Shown: positions 35,841 through 46,505 of the stretch, piece by piece
Numbering within the stretch: position 1 is the first letter of the stretch
How the letters are laid out: every line of letters starts with the position of its first letter
Assembly: GCA_964601045.1 (NCBI GenBank)
Contig: CAZRLF010000004.1
Location: forward strand, 92,809 to 156,808
Direction of reading: 5' to 3'
DNA from: an uncultured Bacteriovoracaceae bacterium
Lineage (GTDB): Bacteria; Bdellovibrionota; UBA2394
DNA: 64,000 nt
Translations under genes and position numbers: made by a program
The notes under the pieces: model-generated
Database searches by the model: none
Told to the model about the DNA's origin: nothing
What the model saw: only the letters and a program-made list of their open reading frames with translations

Positions 35841-36923
35841 ATGGCCCTATTGCCACGAAATAAATCTTGGTCAAGACGTAGTACAGACCGGACTTGGATT
35901 CAGGACCTTTTTTCAAAAGGATTTCTCAAGAATTGGTTTAAAAAACCTGATGAAGAGCTAACTCTTGTTCTTCTTTCGCGTGGGCACCTTGAAGTTAAGA
36001 AACTGCGTCTTTCAACTCGTATTCTTTGGTTGGGCAAATGGGCCATTGCTGGAATTCTCTTTATCGTGGCTGTCAGTTTTGTTCTCGGTGTGAACTTTGC
36101 ATTAAAACTACCTGAACATTCGATTCTCGTTTCTGAAAATCAAGTTCTCAAAAAGGAACTTAATAAAATACAATTTCACCTCGATACTTTGCAAATGAGT
36201 GTCGATCGTATGACTCGATTTGATCAAAAACTCAGAAACCTTACTGAAGTTGATAAAGAGTTTGAAAAACTAAAGGGACCCAAGGGGCAGGGTGGTGGTG
36301 AAGAGGAGCTGGGTGAGCCCATCTATGATTTTGGGGATTATCAAATTGATTCAGCCCATCTTGATTTAGATTCGGAAAGTCCCAAATATTTAGATCGGGA
36401 AGAAACCTTTTTAGTTCAAAAAATTTATACTTGGATGAAGAGACTTTATCGTGGCTCCGAGCTACAGGAACAAAGCTTAGAGGAGCTCTTTGAGGTTCTT
36501 AAAGGAAGAGAGATTCAGCTGTCAGCAACTCCCTCTATTTTACCAGTGCGGGGCTGGGTGACGTCGCATTTTGGATACCGCAATGATCCGTTTAACGGTC
36601 GACGAACAATGCATCGAGGGTTGGATGTTTCGGCTCGATTGGGAGCCCCGATTATGGCTCCAGCGGAGGGAATTGTGACCTTCTCCGGAAAATATTCGAC
36701 ATTCGGAAACGCCGTGATGATTTTTCATGGTTATGGAGTTTCAACTTTGTACGCGCATTGCAATGAAACTTACGCCAAAGTAGGAGATCGAGTAAAAAGA
36801 GGTGATATCATTGCATCGGTCGGTAAAACGGGTCGATCGACAGCCACGCATTTGCACTATGAAGTGATTGTTCACGGCATCCCTGTTGATCCGCGAAAAT
36901 ATATTCTCGATCGCTCTCTCTAA
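35841..36923 (+). CDS. M23 family metallopeptidase (LytM domain) with an N-terminal membrane anchor
   Basis: It carries HRGLDVSA, GNAVMIFHGYGVSTLYAHC and STATHLHYEV. Confidence 0.85.
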   Translation: MALLPRNKSWSRRSTDRTWIQDLFSKGFLKNWFKKPDEELTLVLLSRGHLEVKKLRLSTRILWLGKWAIAGILFIVAVSFVLGVNFALKLPEHSILVSENQVLKKELNKIQFHLDTLQMSVDRMTRFDQKLRNLTEVDKEFEKLKGPKGQGGGEEELGEPIYDFGDYQIDSAHLDLDSESPKYLDREETFLVQKIYTWMKRLYRGSELQEQSLEELFEVLKGREIQLSATPSILPVRGWVTSHFGYRNDPFNGRRTMHRGLDVSARLGAPIMAPAEGIVTFSGKYSTFGNAVMIFHGYGVSTLYAHCNETYAKVGDRVKRGDIIASVGKTGRSTATHLHYEVIVHGIPVDPRKYILDRSL

Positions 36924-36926
36924 GAA

Positions 36927-37739
36927 TTATTTTGTCTTTAAAATCTTAAGAACATCTCGCCAGACCTGATCCATCGATTGGTTTGAATTGATGGTGTACA
37001 TTGTTCCGTCTTTTTTAAAGTAGTCGATGACTGGGCCAGTATCTGCATGAAATGTTTCAATACGTTTTTGAACTCCTTCGGGAGTTAAATCATCTTCCCG
37101 TCGGGTGAGACTTGATCCACACTCATCACAGATGGCAGGCTGAAGGGGAGGTCTTGATATTGTATGATAGATTTCGCCACAAGTTTTTTTAGAGCAGGTT
37201 AGTCGACCCGCTGCGCTAAAATGAACGGTCTCATCGGTAGCGTCAAAATAAAGGACACGAATCCCTCTCCAGCCCTTTTCAATAATAAGTTTCTTAAGCC
37301 ATGCTGCTTCAAGAAGCTTTCGCGGAGAGCCATCAATAATAATGCCTTTTTTGATATCAAGTGTTGAAAGCCATTGTTCTAAGACCGGGATTAGATCGGA
37401 TGTTGCAATATTTTGTTGCGCTCTCATCATTTCGCCAATGCGAAGTCCTAGGGGGGTGCCTGAGTCGCGAATAGCTCTTAAAACATCGCCGGTTGACTGA
37501 TAGGGAATGTTCAAAAGTTTTGCGAGTGGGCGTCCATTGGTGCCCTTATGTGCTGCAGGCTTACCAACCAAAAAATAGACCCATTCGTGCGCATCAGCGT
37601 CGATTTTAAGCTCTTCAGCAGTGACTTTGCTATAAAGACGTGCCGTCGCAATTGAGCAGGGCTCCGAAGCACCAAGTGAAAAACAAAACAGGGAGTTAAA
37701 GACAAAACTGCCCAAAATTCCTAAAAGGCCAAGCTTCAT
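36927..37739 (-). CDS. adenylate-kinase-like protein with signal peptide and an altered P-loop
   Basis: It is collinear with Adk: [15 protein letters not shown], the zinc LID C..C...C..C, and RREDD. The P-loop reads GKPAAHKGT instead of GxPGxGKGT. The N-terminus [24 protein letters not shown] is signal-like. Confidence 0.65.
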   Translation of the reverse strand: MKLGLLGILGSFVFNSLFCFSLGASEPCSIATARLYSKVTAEELKIDADAHEWVYFLVGKPAAHKGTNGRPLAKLLNIPYQSTGDVLRAIRDSGTPLGLRIGEMMRAQQNIATSDLIPVLEQWLSTLDIKKGIIIDGSPRKLLEAAWLKKLIIEKGWRGIRVLYFDATDETVHFSAAGRLTCSKKTCGEIYHTISRPPLQPAICDECGSSLTRREDDLTPEGVQKRIETFHADTGPVIDYFKKDGTMYTINSNQSMDQVWRDVLKILKTK

Positions 37740-37862
37740 GATCGAAATGGTCTAAACGAGGCAAGGTCAAATGAAAAGCCTTTTAGATCAATTATTCTGC
37801 AGCATTTTCAGCTGTTTAAATGTGTTCTTTTCAGAGAAGAATATATGTTAGAAATCTTTCAT

Positions 37863-40529
37863 ATGATCAAAAGTCTAGTCTTTAAAATGATCGGAACTCC
37901 TCATGAAAGAGAAGTTCGTAAGCTCATGCCGTTGGTCGAAAAGATCAATTCTTTGGAACCTGATTTTCAGAGAATGAGTGATATCGAGCTAAAGAGCCAG
38001 ACCATTAAATTTAAAGAGCGACTTTTGGGTGGTGAAAGTCTCGACTCTATCCTTTGCGAAGCTTTTGCTGCTGTTCGAGAAGCTGGTCGACGAACCATGA
38101 AGATGCGTCACTATGATGTTCAGCTGATCGGGGGAATGGTTCTTAATCGCGGAAAAATTTCTGAAATGAAAACAGGGGAAGGTAAAACCCTTGTTGCTAC
38201 ACTACCACTCTATCTCAACGCGCTTGAAGGAAAAGGTGCGCATCTTGTTACTGTTAACGATTATCTCGCGAAACGAGATGCGACCTGGATGAGTCCGATT
38301 TACGAAGCTCTTGGAATGAAAGTCGGAATCATTGTTCACGGACTTACCGATGCCCAGCGAAAAGAAGCATATGGGTCGGATATCACTTATGGAACCAATA
38401 ACGAATTTGGTTTTGATTACTTAAGAGACAATATGAAGGTCTCTAAAGATTCTCTCGTTCAGAGAGATCTTCATTATGCGATTGTCGATGAAGTTGACTC
38501 AATTTTGATCGACGAAGCCCGAACCCCTTTAATTATTTCGGGTCCAACAAACGAAACGACCGATAAATATAAAATTGTAAATGCAATTATTCCCTTCTTA
38601 AAACGGGATGTTCATTTTACTGTCGATGAAAAGGCTCGCTCATCGCATCTTACCGACGAAGGAGTTGATGCCGTTCAGGCGCGACTGAGAATTGATAATC
38701 TTTATGATCCCCGGCATATCGAACTCGTTCATCATGTGGATCAGGCACTTAAAGCGCATGTACTTTTTAAACGAGATGTTGATTATGTGGTTCGTGAAGG
38801 CGAAGTTGTAATCGTAGATGAATTTACCGGACGTTTGATGCCCGGTCGCCGCTATAGCGATGGCTTGCATCAAGCACTTGAAGCTAAAGAGGGCGTCCAA
38901 ATTGCGAATGAGAATCAAACACTCGCAAGCATTACTTTTCAGAATTATTTTAGAATGTACAAAAAACTTTCCGGTATGACTGGAACGGCTGATACAGAAG
39001 CCGAAGAGTTTGGTTCAATTTATAGATTGGGTGTGACTCTGATTCCTCCCAATCGTCCGATGATTCGCGATGATCAAGCAGATGTCGTTTTTAAAACTGA
39101 AAAAGCAAAGTTTCGTGCCATTGTGCGAGACATCAAAGAAGCAAATGCTAAGGGCCAGCCTGTTCTGGTCGGTACAGTTTCAATTGAAAAATCAGAAAGG
39201 CTTTCGGAGCTTCTTAAGCGAGAAGGAATTCAGCATGTTGTCTTGAATGCAAAACAACATGAGCGAGAAGCCGGCATTGTTGCCGAAGCAGGCCAGCGCG
39301 GAGCTGTGACGATTGCTACCAATATGGCCGGTCGGGGAACCGATATCGTGCTTGGTGAGGGTGTGCGCGAAGCGGGCGGTCTTTATATTCTAGGAACAGA
39401 GCGTCATGAATCTCGTCGTATTGATAATCAGCTCAGAGGGCGAGCCGGCCGACAGGGAGATCCGGGACGATCTCGTTTTTATCTTTCGCTTGAAGATGAT
39501 TTGCTTCGTATTTTTGCGGGCGATCGTTTGCTTAAAGTTATGGATTTTTTGGGCATGGAAGAAGACGAGCCCATTGAAGCCAATATGATTTCAAGGGCTA
39601 TCGAAGATGCTCAGCGACGAGTTGAGGCCAGAAATTTTGATGTTCGAAAGCATTTGCTCAAATACGACGATGTCATGAGTTATCAACGTCGCATTGTTTA
39701 TGCTTGGAGACGAAAGCTGCTCTTTAAAGAAGAACTCAAAGACGATATTAAAGACACCATTCATGAAGTTCTCGATTTTGTTATAAGCGAAGCCATTCCT
39801 CCTAAGACACCCGTGGAATCTTGGAATTGGACATTTTTGAAAGACGAAATGGAGAGGCTTTTCGGAGAAGATCTTGGCATCACAGCTCTGCAAGAACAAA
39901 TCGAGCGCGGTAAATCTAGTATCGGAAGTGAGCAAGAGCTCTTCGATGAAATCTTAAAGGCGGCCTTGGTGCTTTACGAACGAAAAGAAAAAGAATTAAC
40001 CACACCCATTTTTAGGCGTCTTGAAGCCATGCTTCTTTTGCATACTCTTGATGATCGATGGAAAGACCATCTGCTCGATATGGATCACTTAAGAGAAGGA
40101 ATTAACTTACGAGGCTATGCTCAAAAAGATCCTATTTTAGAATATCAAAAAGAAAGCTTCAGGCTTTTTGAAAGTATGTTTGCAACCGTCAAGGCTGAAT
40201 TTGTTAGCAAGCTCACTCGGGTACGCATTGCTCCACCAGAAGAAATCTTATCCGAAGGCTTAGACGATGGTGCTGTTGCGCAAGATGAGAGTCGCTTGGA
40301 ATCAGAGAGACGTGAGTTCGAACGTCAGATGGACGAAGAAGAAACTCAACGTGCTGAGAGAGTGAAAAAACTTAATCTTTTCTCGGGTGGTGGTCAGACT
40401 GCGGATGCTTCAAAGCCGCAGACCGTAAAGCGTGAAGCGGAGAAAGTTGGTCGAAATGACCCATGTCCTTGCGGTAGTGGCAAAAAATATAAGAAATGTC
40501 ATGGAGCTTCAGCAGCCGGGGCAGAATAG
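37863..40529 (+). CDS. secA: preprotein translocase ATPase SecA
   Basis: It has Walker [10 protein letters not shown], the DEAD-like [20 protein letters not shown], and the C-terminal zinc finger [14 protein letters not shown]. Confidence 0.95.
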   Translation: MIKSLVFKMIGTPHEREVRKLMPLVEKINSLEPDFQRMSDIELKSQTIKFKERLLGGESLDSILCEAFAAVREAGRRTMKMRHYDVQLIGGMVLNRGKISEMKTGEGKTLVATLPLYLNALEGKGAHLVTVNDYLAKRDATWMSPIYEALGMKVGIIVHGLTDAQRKEAYGSDITYGTNNEFGFDYLRDNMKVSKDSLVQRDLHYAIVDEVDSILIDEARTPLIISGPTNETTDKYKIVNAIIPFLKRDVHFTVDEKARSSHLTDEGVDAVQARLRIDNLYDPRHIELVHHVDQALKAHVLFKRDVDYVVREGEVVIVDEFTGRLMPGRRYSDGLHQALEAKEGVQIANENQTLASITFQNYFRMYKKLSGMTGTADTEAEEFGSIYRLGVTLIPPNRPMIRDDQADVVFKTEKAKFRAIVRDIKEANAKGQPVLVGTVSIEKSERLSELLKREGIQHVVLNAKQHEREAGIVAEAGQRGAVTIATNMAGRGTDIVLGEGVREAGGLYILGTERHESRRIDNQLRGRAGRQGDPGRSRFYLSLEDDLLRIFAGDRLLKVMDFLGMEEDEPIEANMISRAIEDAQRRVEARNFDVRKHLLKYDDVMSYQRRIVYAWRRKLLFKEELKDDIKDTIHEVLDFVISEAIPPKTPVESWNWTFLKDEMERLFGEDLGITALQEQIERGKSSIGSEQELFDEILKAALVLYERKEKELTTPIFRRLEAMLLLHTLDDRWKDHLLDMDHLREGINLRGYAQKDPILEYQKESFRLFESMFATVKAEFVSKLTRVRIAPPEEILSEGLDDGAVAQDESRLESERREFERQMDEEETQRAERVKKLNLFSGGGQTADASKPQTVKREAEKVGRNDPCPCGSGKKYKKCHGASAAGAE

Positions 40530-40534
40530 GCGGC

Positions 40535-40774
40535 TTAGTTTGCTCTAAGATAGTGATGCCAGTAGTAGATTATTGAAGTGACGATGCCGAGCATTGTACA
40601 AGAGGCGAATGCAGTTAAAGTGAGCCAATGAGTCTGACGTTTGTTTAATTTTGTAAGCGTGCCGATAAGTAAAAGAGCAAAAGCAATTACAAATAAAACT
40701 ATGGCTATATAGCTTAAAGACTGAGCTTGAAACGCCGACATCTTAAGCCATGAAAAATCAAAATGGGAATTCAT
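40535..40774 (-). CDS. small membrane protein (79 aa, two hydrophobic helices)
   Basis: The call rests on the ORF and the hydrophobic segments only. Confidence 0.4.
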   Translation of the reverse strand: MNSHFDFSWLKMSAFQAQSLSYIAIVLFVIAFALLLIGTLTKLNKRQTHWLTLTAFASCTMLGIVTSIIYYWHHYLRAN

Positions 40775-40885
40775 TGAGCTCCTTGTAATCTAGAAAATAG
40801 GAGTTTGTCATCAATCGATCGCCTGATCCTTATTCACTCTTAAATTATTGTTTACAGAGCCCTTTTGATCGTTTTCTTTGAGGCG

Positions 40886-41962
40886 ATGAAGTTCTTTTTT
40901 GTGTGTTTAGTGTGTTTTTTAATCTCATTTGTACAGATTTCTGCGTATGCCTCAATGACCTGTACACATGGTCTTTCGCATCTTTGGGGCGGTGAAAATC
41001 CGGCGCGTGTGTTAGCTCAAAAATTAGAGCCCACATTTAAACATATAAAAATCGATCGTGCTCGAATTGCAGAAGTTGTGAAGAGTTTTGAGCTGGCCGG
41101 TCAAAAACTTGAAATTTCAGAGTGGAATTATCCTCCTTATCTTCAATCGGATGATCCCATTCAACTCACCAATTTTCTTTTGGTGATGAATTCCAATAAT
41201 TTTAGTTTTTTTGATCCAAAATCAGGACGGCCGTTTCAGAGTGGAAGAGATTCAGGATCAACATTGGCGACGAAACGGCTTGTAGAAGTTTGGCCGCAGA
41301 TTTCGAATCCCGATTACCTGAGAAATATTTCTGTGGAATACGTGAGAGATAAATTATTTGCCGCGGATGTTCCAGTTTCACTTGTGGAAGCAAGAACACG
41401 AGTTCTTAGAGAAGCTGGAGATTTTATTTTTACCCAAGGTCCTGGTGGAACATTCAAATGGATTCAAAGTTTACAAACGAGAGAGGCTGGTCCGATCGCA
41501 GTATCAATTCCTACTTTTCTTCCCACTTGGCGGGACCCCTTTTATAAACGTTCACAACTTTTTTTAGGGATGTTATACGGCCGATTTCAAAAGCGGGCAG
41601 ATAATCCGATCGATCGAAATTCACTGAATCAGCTAACGGTTTTTGCAGACTATCGTTTACCGCAGACTTTAAGAGCCATGAATGTTTTGCTAGTGGCCAA
41701 CGACGCTGAAGCTTTAATTGAAAAAGGAGCTCCCATTATACCCGGCAGCGAAATTGAGATTGAGTTACGGGCAGCTTCAATCTTGGCGGCTGATTTTCTG
41801 GTTGCTGAACTTAATAGGTCTGGCAAGTGGGGGCGGGTTAGCGTCTTAGAAGTGGATTACCTTTTATGGTCAGTGGGCCGGGCTTTAACCAAGGGTCTTG
41901 AGATGCCTGGAGTGCTCGTGCGGGGGGCCAAAGAGCATCAGACGATTTCAACAGATTACTGA
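40886..41962 (+). CDS. queuosine salvage protein (DUF2419 / QNG1-like) with a signal-like N-terminus
   Basis: NNFSFF, FYKRSQLF, TVFADYRLPQTL and VDYLLW are collinear with the QNG1/C9orf64 family. The N-terminus is MKFFFVCLVCFLISFVQISAYA. Confidence 0.7.
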   Translation: MKFFFVCLVCFLISFVQISAYASMTCTHGLSHLWGGENPARVLAQKLEPTFKHIKIDRARIAEVVKSFELAGQKLEISEWNYPPYLQSDDPIQLTNFLLVMNSNNFSFFDPKSGRPFQSGRDSGSTLATKRLVEVWPQISNPDYLRNISVEYVRDKLFAADVPVSLVEARTRVLREAGDFIFTQGPGGTFKWIQSLQTREAGPIAVSIPTFLPTWRDPFYKRSQLFLGMLYGRFQKRADNPIDRNSLNQLTVFADYRLPQTLRAMNVLLVANDAEALIEKGAPIIPGSEIEIELRAASILAADFLVAELNRSGKWGRVSVLEVDYLLWSVGRALTKGLEMPGVLVRGAKEHQTISTDY

Positions 41963-41984
41963 TAAATATATGCCTCCCCATTTG

Positions 41985-42013
41985 TTGACACGGACCCGCG
42001 CGTTTTTTAGCGT
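41985..42013 (+). promoter_or_regulatory. sigma-70-like promoter TTGACA-17nt-TAGCGT directly abutting the gap start codon
   Basis: The -35 element is at 41985-41990 and the -10 element at 42008-42013. The ATG at 42020 lies about 7 nt after the -10, and no SD is present. Confidence 0.35.
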
Positions 42014-42019
42014 TCGCCC

Positions 42020-43066
42020 ATGACAACAATTAGACCTAACCTTAAGAAACCCCTCAAGATTGCAATCAATGGATTTGGCCGAATTGGTCGATGCCTTTTT
42101 AGAATTTTAGCTGAGACACCCGAGTTTCGTGACGGCCTTGTTCAAGTGACCACAATTAACGACCTTACCGACGCTGAAACTTTAGCTCATTTGCTTAAGT
42201 ACGATTCTGTTCATGGACGGTTTGGGGGGGATGTAAAGGTCGATGGAAATAAACTTTCTGTTTACGGAAAAGCAATCGAAGTAACGGCTATTCCTGAACC
42301 GGCAAAATTAGGTTGGGCAGCTCAAAAAGTTGATATCGTATTGGAATGTACCGGTCGGTTTAAAGACAAGGCACAAACAGCTCAGCACTTAACAGCAGGG
42401 GCTAAAAAAGTTATTTTTTCAGCTCCTTTAAAAGATGCAGATCTCACCGTTGTTTACGGTATTAATCATGAACAATTTGATCCTGCTAAGCATGAAATTT
42501 TAAGTAATGCTTCATGCACCACCAACTGCTTAGCGCCTGTCGTTAAGGTCATTGATGATAATTTTAAAATTATTCACGGCTCAATGACGACCATTCATTC
42601 TTATACGAACGATCAAAGAATTTTAGATTTGCCGCACTCAGATATGCGAAGAGCTCGAGCTGCTGCGGTTTCAATGATTCCGACAACCACAGGAGCTGCA
42701 AAAGCAGTGGGTCTGGTTCTTCCTCACTTAAAAGGAAAGATCGATGGAAACTCCATCAGAGTTCCTACTCCGAACGTTTCAGTTGTTGATTTTGGTTGTG
42801 AAGTTGAAAAACAAACCACTATCGAAGAAGTGAATGCAGCCTTAAAGAGTGCTTCGCAAGGAGTTCTTAAGGGTGTGCTTGGTTTTGAAGAAGAAGAATT
42901 GGTATCAGTTGATTTTAATGGTGCCACCGAATCCTCAATTGTAGATGCTCCTTCAACCAATGTGATTGATAAAAAGTTTATTAAAGTTCTCTCTTGGTAC
43001 GACAACGAATGGGGTTTCTCCAATCGTATGGTCGATTTAACTTTTTATATGGGAAATAAACTCTAA
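42020..43066 (+). CDS. gap: glyceraldehyde-3-phosphate dehydrogenase
   Basis: It carries INGFGRIGR, the active site SNASCTTNCLAP, and WYDNEWGFSNR. Confidence 0.95.
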   Translation: MTTIRPNLKKPLKIAINGFGRIGRCLFRILAETPEFRDGLVQVTTINDLTDAETLAHLLKYDSVHGRFGGDVKVDGNKLSVYGKAIEVTAIPEPAKLGWAAQKVDIVLECTGRFKDKAQTAQHLTAGAKKVIFSAPLKDADLTVVYGINHEQFDPAKHEILSNASCTTNCLAPVVKVIDDNFKIIHGSMTTIHSYTNDQRILDLPHSDMRRARAAAVSMIPTTTGAAKAVGLVLPHLKGKIDGNSIRVPTPNVSVVDFGCEVEKQTTIEEVNAALKSASQGVLKGVLGFEEEELVSVDFNGATESSIVDAPSTNVIDKKFIKVLSWYDNEWGFSNRMVDLTFYMGNKL

Positions 43067-43078
43067 GAGGAATTGTGT

Positions 43079-44326
43079 ATGAAGATTCTACGTGTTGATG
43101 AAATCAACTGGGGCGCTATTAAAACAGAAAAAAAAGTCGCTTTTGTACGAGTTGATTTTAATGTTCCTCTCAAAGGTGGCAAAGTCGTCGATGATTTTCG
43201 GATTCGACAGGCAATTCCTACTCTCGAGTATTTATTAAAGCAAAATTGCCTCTTAGTTTTGGCTGCCCATTTAGGACGGCCCAAAGGAAATGACGAAGAA
43301 AGCCGCAAAAAGTATTCATTGCTTCCAGTAGCTGAAAAGCTCTCTGAGTTAATGAATCGAGAGGTTTTGCTTTCTGAAGATCTAACTGGGGACGGAGTTC
43401 GAAAGCTTATCTCGGATGGTCGAGGTGGAAAGACCGTAATTTTGCTTGAGAATATTCGATTTAGCACGAACGAAGAAGCAAACGATCCTCTCTTTGCTGA
43501 AGAGTTATTTAAATATTGTCATGTTTATGTGAATGACGCCTTTGGTGCATCGCATCGCGCGCATGCTTCGATTGAGGCCATTACTCATTTTGCAAAAGTT
43601 AAAGCCGCAGGCTTTTTGCTTTCAAAAGAGTGGGATGCTTTAAATCAAGTTCTTCACAGCCCGGTTCAGCCTCAGTATGCAATTTTAGGCGGTGCCAAAA
43701 TTGCCGATAAAATTCAAGTGATTAAAAATTTGATCTTAAGATCGAAAAAGCTTTTTATCGGCGGACGAATGGGCCTTACGTTTTTAGCGGCTCAAGGTTA
43801 TCAGCTAGGAAGTACTTCAATTGAAGAAGAAAGTTTGCCTGTAGCGCGACGCTTGATGACGGAGGCGAAAGCCCAAGGCGTTGAGATGTTTTTTCCTATC
43901 GATGGACGCGCGGGTAAAACGATTGAAGATAAAGAAGCACAAATTATCTCTATCGAACGCGATAAAAAAACTCCCGATGGTTTAGCTTTCTTTGATATTG
44001 GTCCCAAAACATTAGAACTGTGGAAGAAAGAACTTTCTTCAGCAAAGAGCATTGTTTGGAATGGACCTTTAGGTGTTTTTGAAAATCCTGCATTTGCTGA
44101 GGGAACCCTTCAAATGGTGGATTATCTTATGAGCGTTAAAGATAAAATTCAGACCATCGCTGGGGGCGGAGAAACTGTAGCAGCCATTACTCAAAAGGGT
44201 GGTCTTACAGAACTTTATCATGTCTCAACAGGTGGCGGCGCGATGCTTGAGTTCATTGAAGGAAAAGCTCTACCAGGCTTCGAATCTCTCAAATTGAAAG
44301 ATCGCGAAGTTCAGGCGATGGCATAA
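43079..44326 (+). CDS. pgk: phosphoglycerate kinase
   Basis: It carries VRVDFNVPL, AHLGRPKG, and the C-terminal GGGAMLEFIEGKALPG. Confidence 0.95.
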   Translation: MKILRVDEINWGAIKTEKKVAFVRVDFNVPLKGGKVVDDFRIRQAIPTLEYLLKQNCLLVLAAHLGRPKGNDEESRKKYSLLPVAEKLSELMNREVLLSEDLTGDGVRKLISDGRGGKTVILLENIRFSTNEEANDPLFAEELFKYCHVYVNDAFGASHRAHASIEAITHFAKVKAAGFLLSKEWDALNQVLHSPVQPQYAILGGAKIADKIQVIKNLILRSKKLFIGGRMGLTFLAAQGYQLGSTSIEEESLPVARRLMTEAKAQGVEMFFPIDGRAGKTIEDKEAQIISIERDKKTPDGLAFFDIGPKTLELWKKELSSAKSIVWNGPLGVFENPAFAEGTLQMVDYLMSVKDKIQTIAGGGETVAAITQKGGLTELYHVSTGGGAMLEFIEGKALPGFESLKLKDREVQAMA

Positions 44327-45039
44327 TGATGAAGTATATTTTCGGTAATTGGAAGATGGCGCAGACTTTAGAAACTGCGACAAAGTTTGTTGAAGACTGG
44401 AAGCTCCATCAAAATTTAAATCTTAAGGTCGTTGTTTTTCCTTCAGCTCCGCATCTCAAATCAGTTATTGATTTAGTGGCACAAAAAAAATCTGCTCTCG
44501 AAGTCGGCGGCCAGGATTGTTCAACAGAAGAGAAGGGTGCTTATACCGGAGAAGTCTCAACCCTTATGTTGAAAGAAGTGGGGTGCAAATATGTTCTCGT
44601 TGGTCACTCCGAACGTCGAATGCGAGGGGCTGAAACCGAATCGACTCTCAAGCGCAAGGTCGAACTGGCCTTGAGAAATGGGCTCACACCGGTTTATTGC
44701 CTAGGCGAAACGGAAGCTGAAAGAAATGCCGGCCGAGTCGAAGAAATTCTTAAAAAGCAGGCCGCAGTAGTCGCCGGCATTTCAGAGAATTTCTTAGTCG
44801 CCTATGAGCCCGTGTGGGCGATTGGCACTGGTAAAACTGCAACGAACTCTGATATTGAAAAAGCCCATAAGTTACTTCGATCTTTGCTTCCAGAAAAAGT
44901 TGCAATTCTCTATGGCGGAAGCGTAAACGCATCAAATGCCAGAGAAATCATGACACTTAAAAACGTTGATGGAGTTCTTGTAGGTGGAGCAAGTGTAAAG
45001 CCTGCTGATTTTTCGATTATTGCAGAGTCAGCGATTTAA
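44326..45039 (+). CDS. tpiA: triosephosphate isomerase
   Basis: It carries GNWKM, VLVGHSERR, AYEPVWAIGTG and YGGSV. The start overlaps the pgk stop. Confidence 0.95.
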   Translation: MMKYIFGNWKMAQTLETATKFVEDWKLHQNLNLKVVVFPSAPHLKSVIDLVAQKKSALEVGGQDCSTEEKGAYTGEVSTLMLKEVGCKYVLVGHSERRMRGAETESTLKRKVELALRNGLTPVYCLGETEAERNAGRVEEILKKQAAVVAGISENFLVAYEPVWAIGTGKTATNSDIEKAHKLLRSLLPEKVAILYGGSVNASNAREIMTLKNVDGVLVGGASVKPADFSIIAESAI

Positions 45040-45152
45040 AGCTGCCGATGCCCCCCTCAAATCCCGCTCGAAAGCCCAAAGAGAGTCCAAACTTCTTGAT
45101 TGAAGCTTCTGAGGATTTAAGGCTAAAACCATTGTTTAGGAGATATTTTTAA

Positions 45153-45608
45153 ATGTTAGAACTCTTTATCGCTCTTAAGTGGCCCCTCATCATTCTTCAG
45201 GGAATTATTTCATTAGTTTTAATTATCATGATTTTGCTTCAATCGGGTAAAGGCGATGATATCGGATCAGCTCTTTCAGGCTCCATGGGAGGGGGAGTTC
45301 AGGGAACCGGTGGAACCTCTAAATTTTTAGTTCGAGGAACTGTTCTCTTTACCATTCTCTTTATGGTGAATTCGATTGTTTTAGCTAAAATGTTTAAAGA
45401 AATCAGCGTATCGAGCATCGGAGCTTCAGCTCCTGCTCCTTTAGTTCCTGCTGAAAATTCAGCTGCAAACGCCGTGACAGGAAATGCAGTTGGTACGAAC
45501 TCTTTGCAACCAGCTGCTGAACCCGAATCAGCACAGCCGGTTGCCACTCCTGCAGCTAAGCCAGCTCCCGCGGCGAAACCTACGAAGACAGAGAAGCCTA
45601 AAAAATAA
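45153..45608 (+). CDS. secG: preprotein translocase subunit SecG with a Pro/Ala-rich C-terminal extension
   Basis: It carries ILLQSGKGDDIGSA...GG and two TM helices. Its position after tpiA is conserved. Confidence 0.8.
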   Translation: MLELFIALKWPLIILQGIISLVLIIMILLQSGKGDDIGSALSGSMGGGVQGTGGTSKFLVRGTVLFTILFMVNSIVLAKMFKEISVSSIGASAPAPLVPAENSAANAVTGNAVGTNSLQPAAEPESAQPVATPAAKPAPAAKPTKTEKPKK

Positions 45609-45627
45609 TTTTGGTTAGTCTTTTTTT

Positions 45628-46503
45628 ATGTCTGTAAGTCTTCGCACTTATTCCACTATAAAAATTGGAGGAAGTGCAGAGAAAATCATTTTTCTTAAAG
45701 ATCTTACGGACACAATTTTGCTTCCCAAGCCCATTCGTATTTTAGGTAATGGCAGTAATATTTTGATTGATGATCGGGGATTAAAAGGAACGGTCATTAT
45801 CTGTCGAGACTTCTCCCCTACTGAACCGGTGATTTTGACAGATCATCTTTCAGAAACGATTGTTTCAGCCTCCTCGGGAACATACCTTCCTACTTTAGCA
45901 GCATGGGCGGCAAAAAATGGGCTGAGTGGCTGTGAATATATGGTGGGAGTGCCGGGGACATTAGGTGGAGCTGTTCTTCAGAACGCTGGGGCTAATGAAC
46001 AAGAGATTTCTCATATTCTTGTTTCGGTAAAGGCCCTCAATATTGCGACCGGAACGTTTGAAGTGTTTTCCGCAGAGGAGTGCGGATTGACTTATCGTCA
46101 CTCCGCCTTAAAAAATCGTCCTGAACTTTTAGTTAAAGAAGTGACGCTTAAATTGAAGAAAGCAGATTCAGCAGCGATTCAAAATCAAACCAATCTGAAT
46201 TTGCAGTATCGCAAATCAAAAACACCTTATTCGAAGCCCAGTCTTGGAAGTGTTTTTACTCGTCTTAAAGAAAACGATACTTGGATTTATCCCGGTAAAC
46301 TCATTGAGGATTCTGGTCTAAAAGGGGTTTCTAGCGGAGCTGCGATGGTATCGCCCGTGCACGCGAATTATATCGTAAATGAAGGGGGAGCCAGCTTTTT
46401 AGACGTGCTTCAGCTTATCAAAAAAGTAGAAACCACTGTTTTAGAAAAAACTGGTAAAAAATTGGAACGTGAAATTTTAATTTGGACTGATCTCGCCGAA
46501 TAA
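45628..46503 (+). CDS. murB: UDP-N-acetylenolpyruvoylglucosamine reductase
   Basis: It carries GNGSNILIDD, GVPGTLGGAVLQNAGA and SLGSVF. Confidence 0.9.
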   Translation: MSVSLRTYSTIKIGGSAEKIIFLKDLTDTILLPKPIRILGNGSNILIDDRGLKGTVIICRDFSPTEPVILTDHLSETIVSASSGTYLPTLAAWAAKNGLSGCEYMVGVPGTLGGAVLQNAGANEQEISHILVSVKALNIATGTFEVFSAEECGLTYRHSALKNRPELLVKEVTLKLKKADSAAIQNQTNLNLQYRKSKTPYSKPSLGSVFTRLKENDTWIYPGKLIEDSGLKGVSSGAAMVSPVHANYIVNEGGASFLDVLQLIKKVETTVLEKTGKKLEREILIWTDLAE

Positions 46504-46505
46504 AC

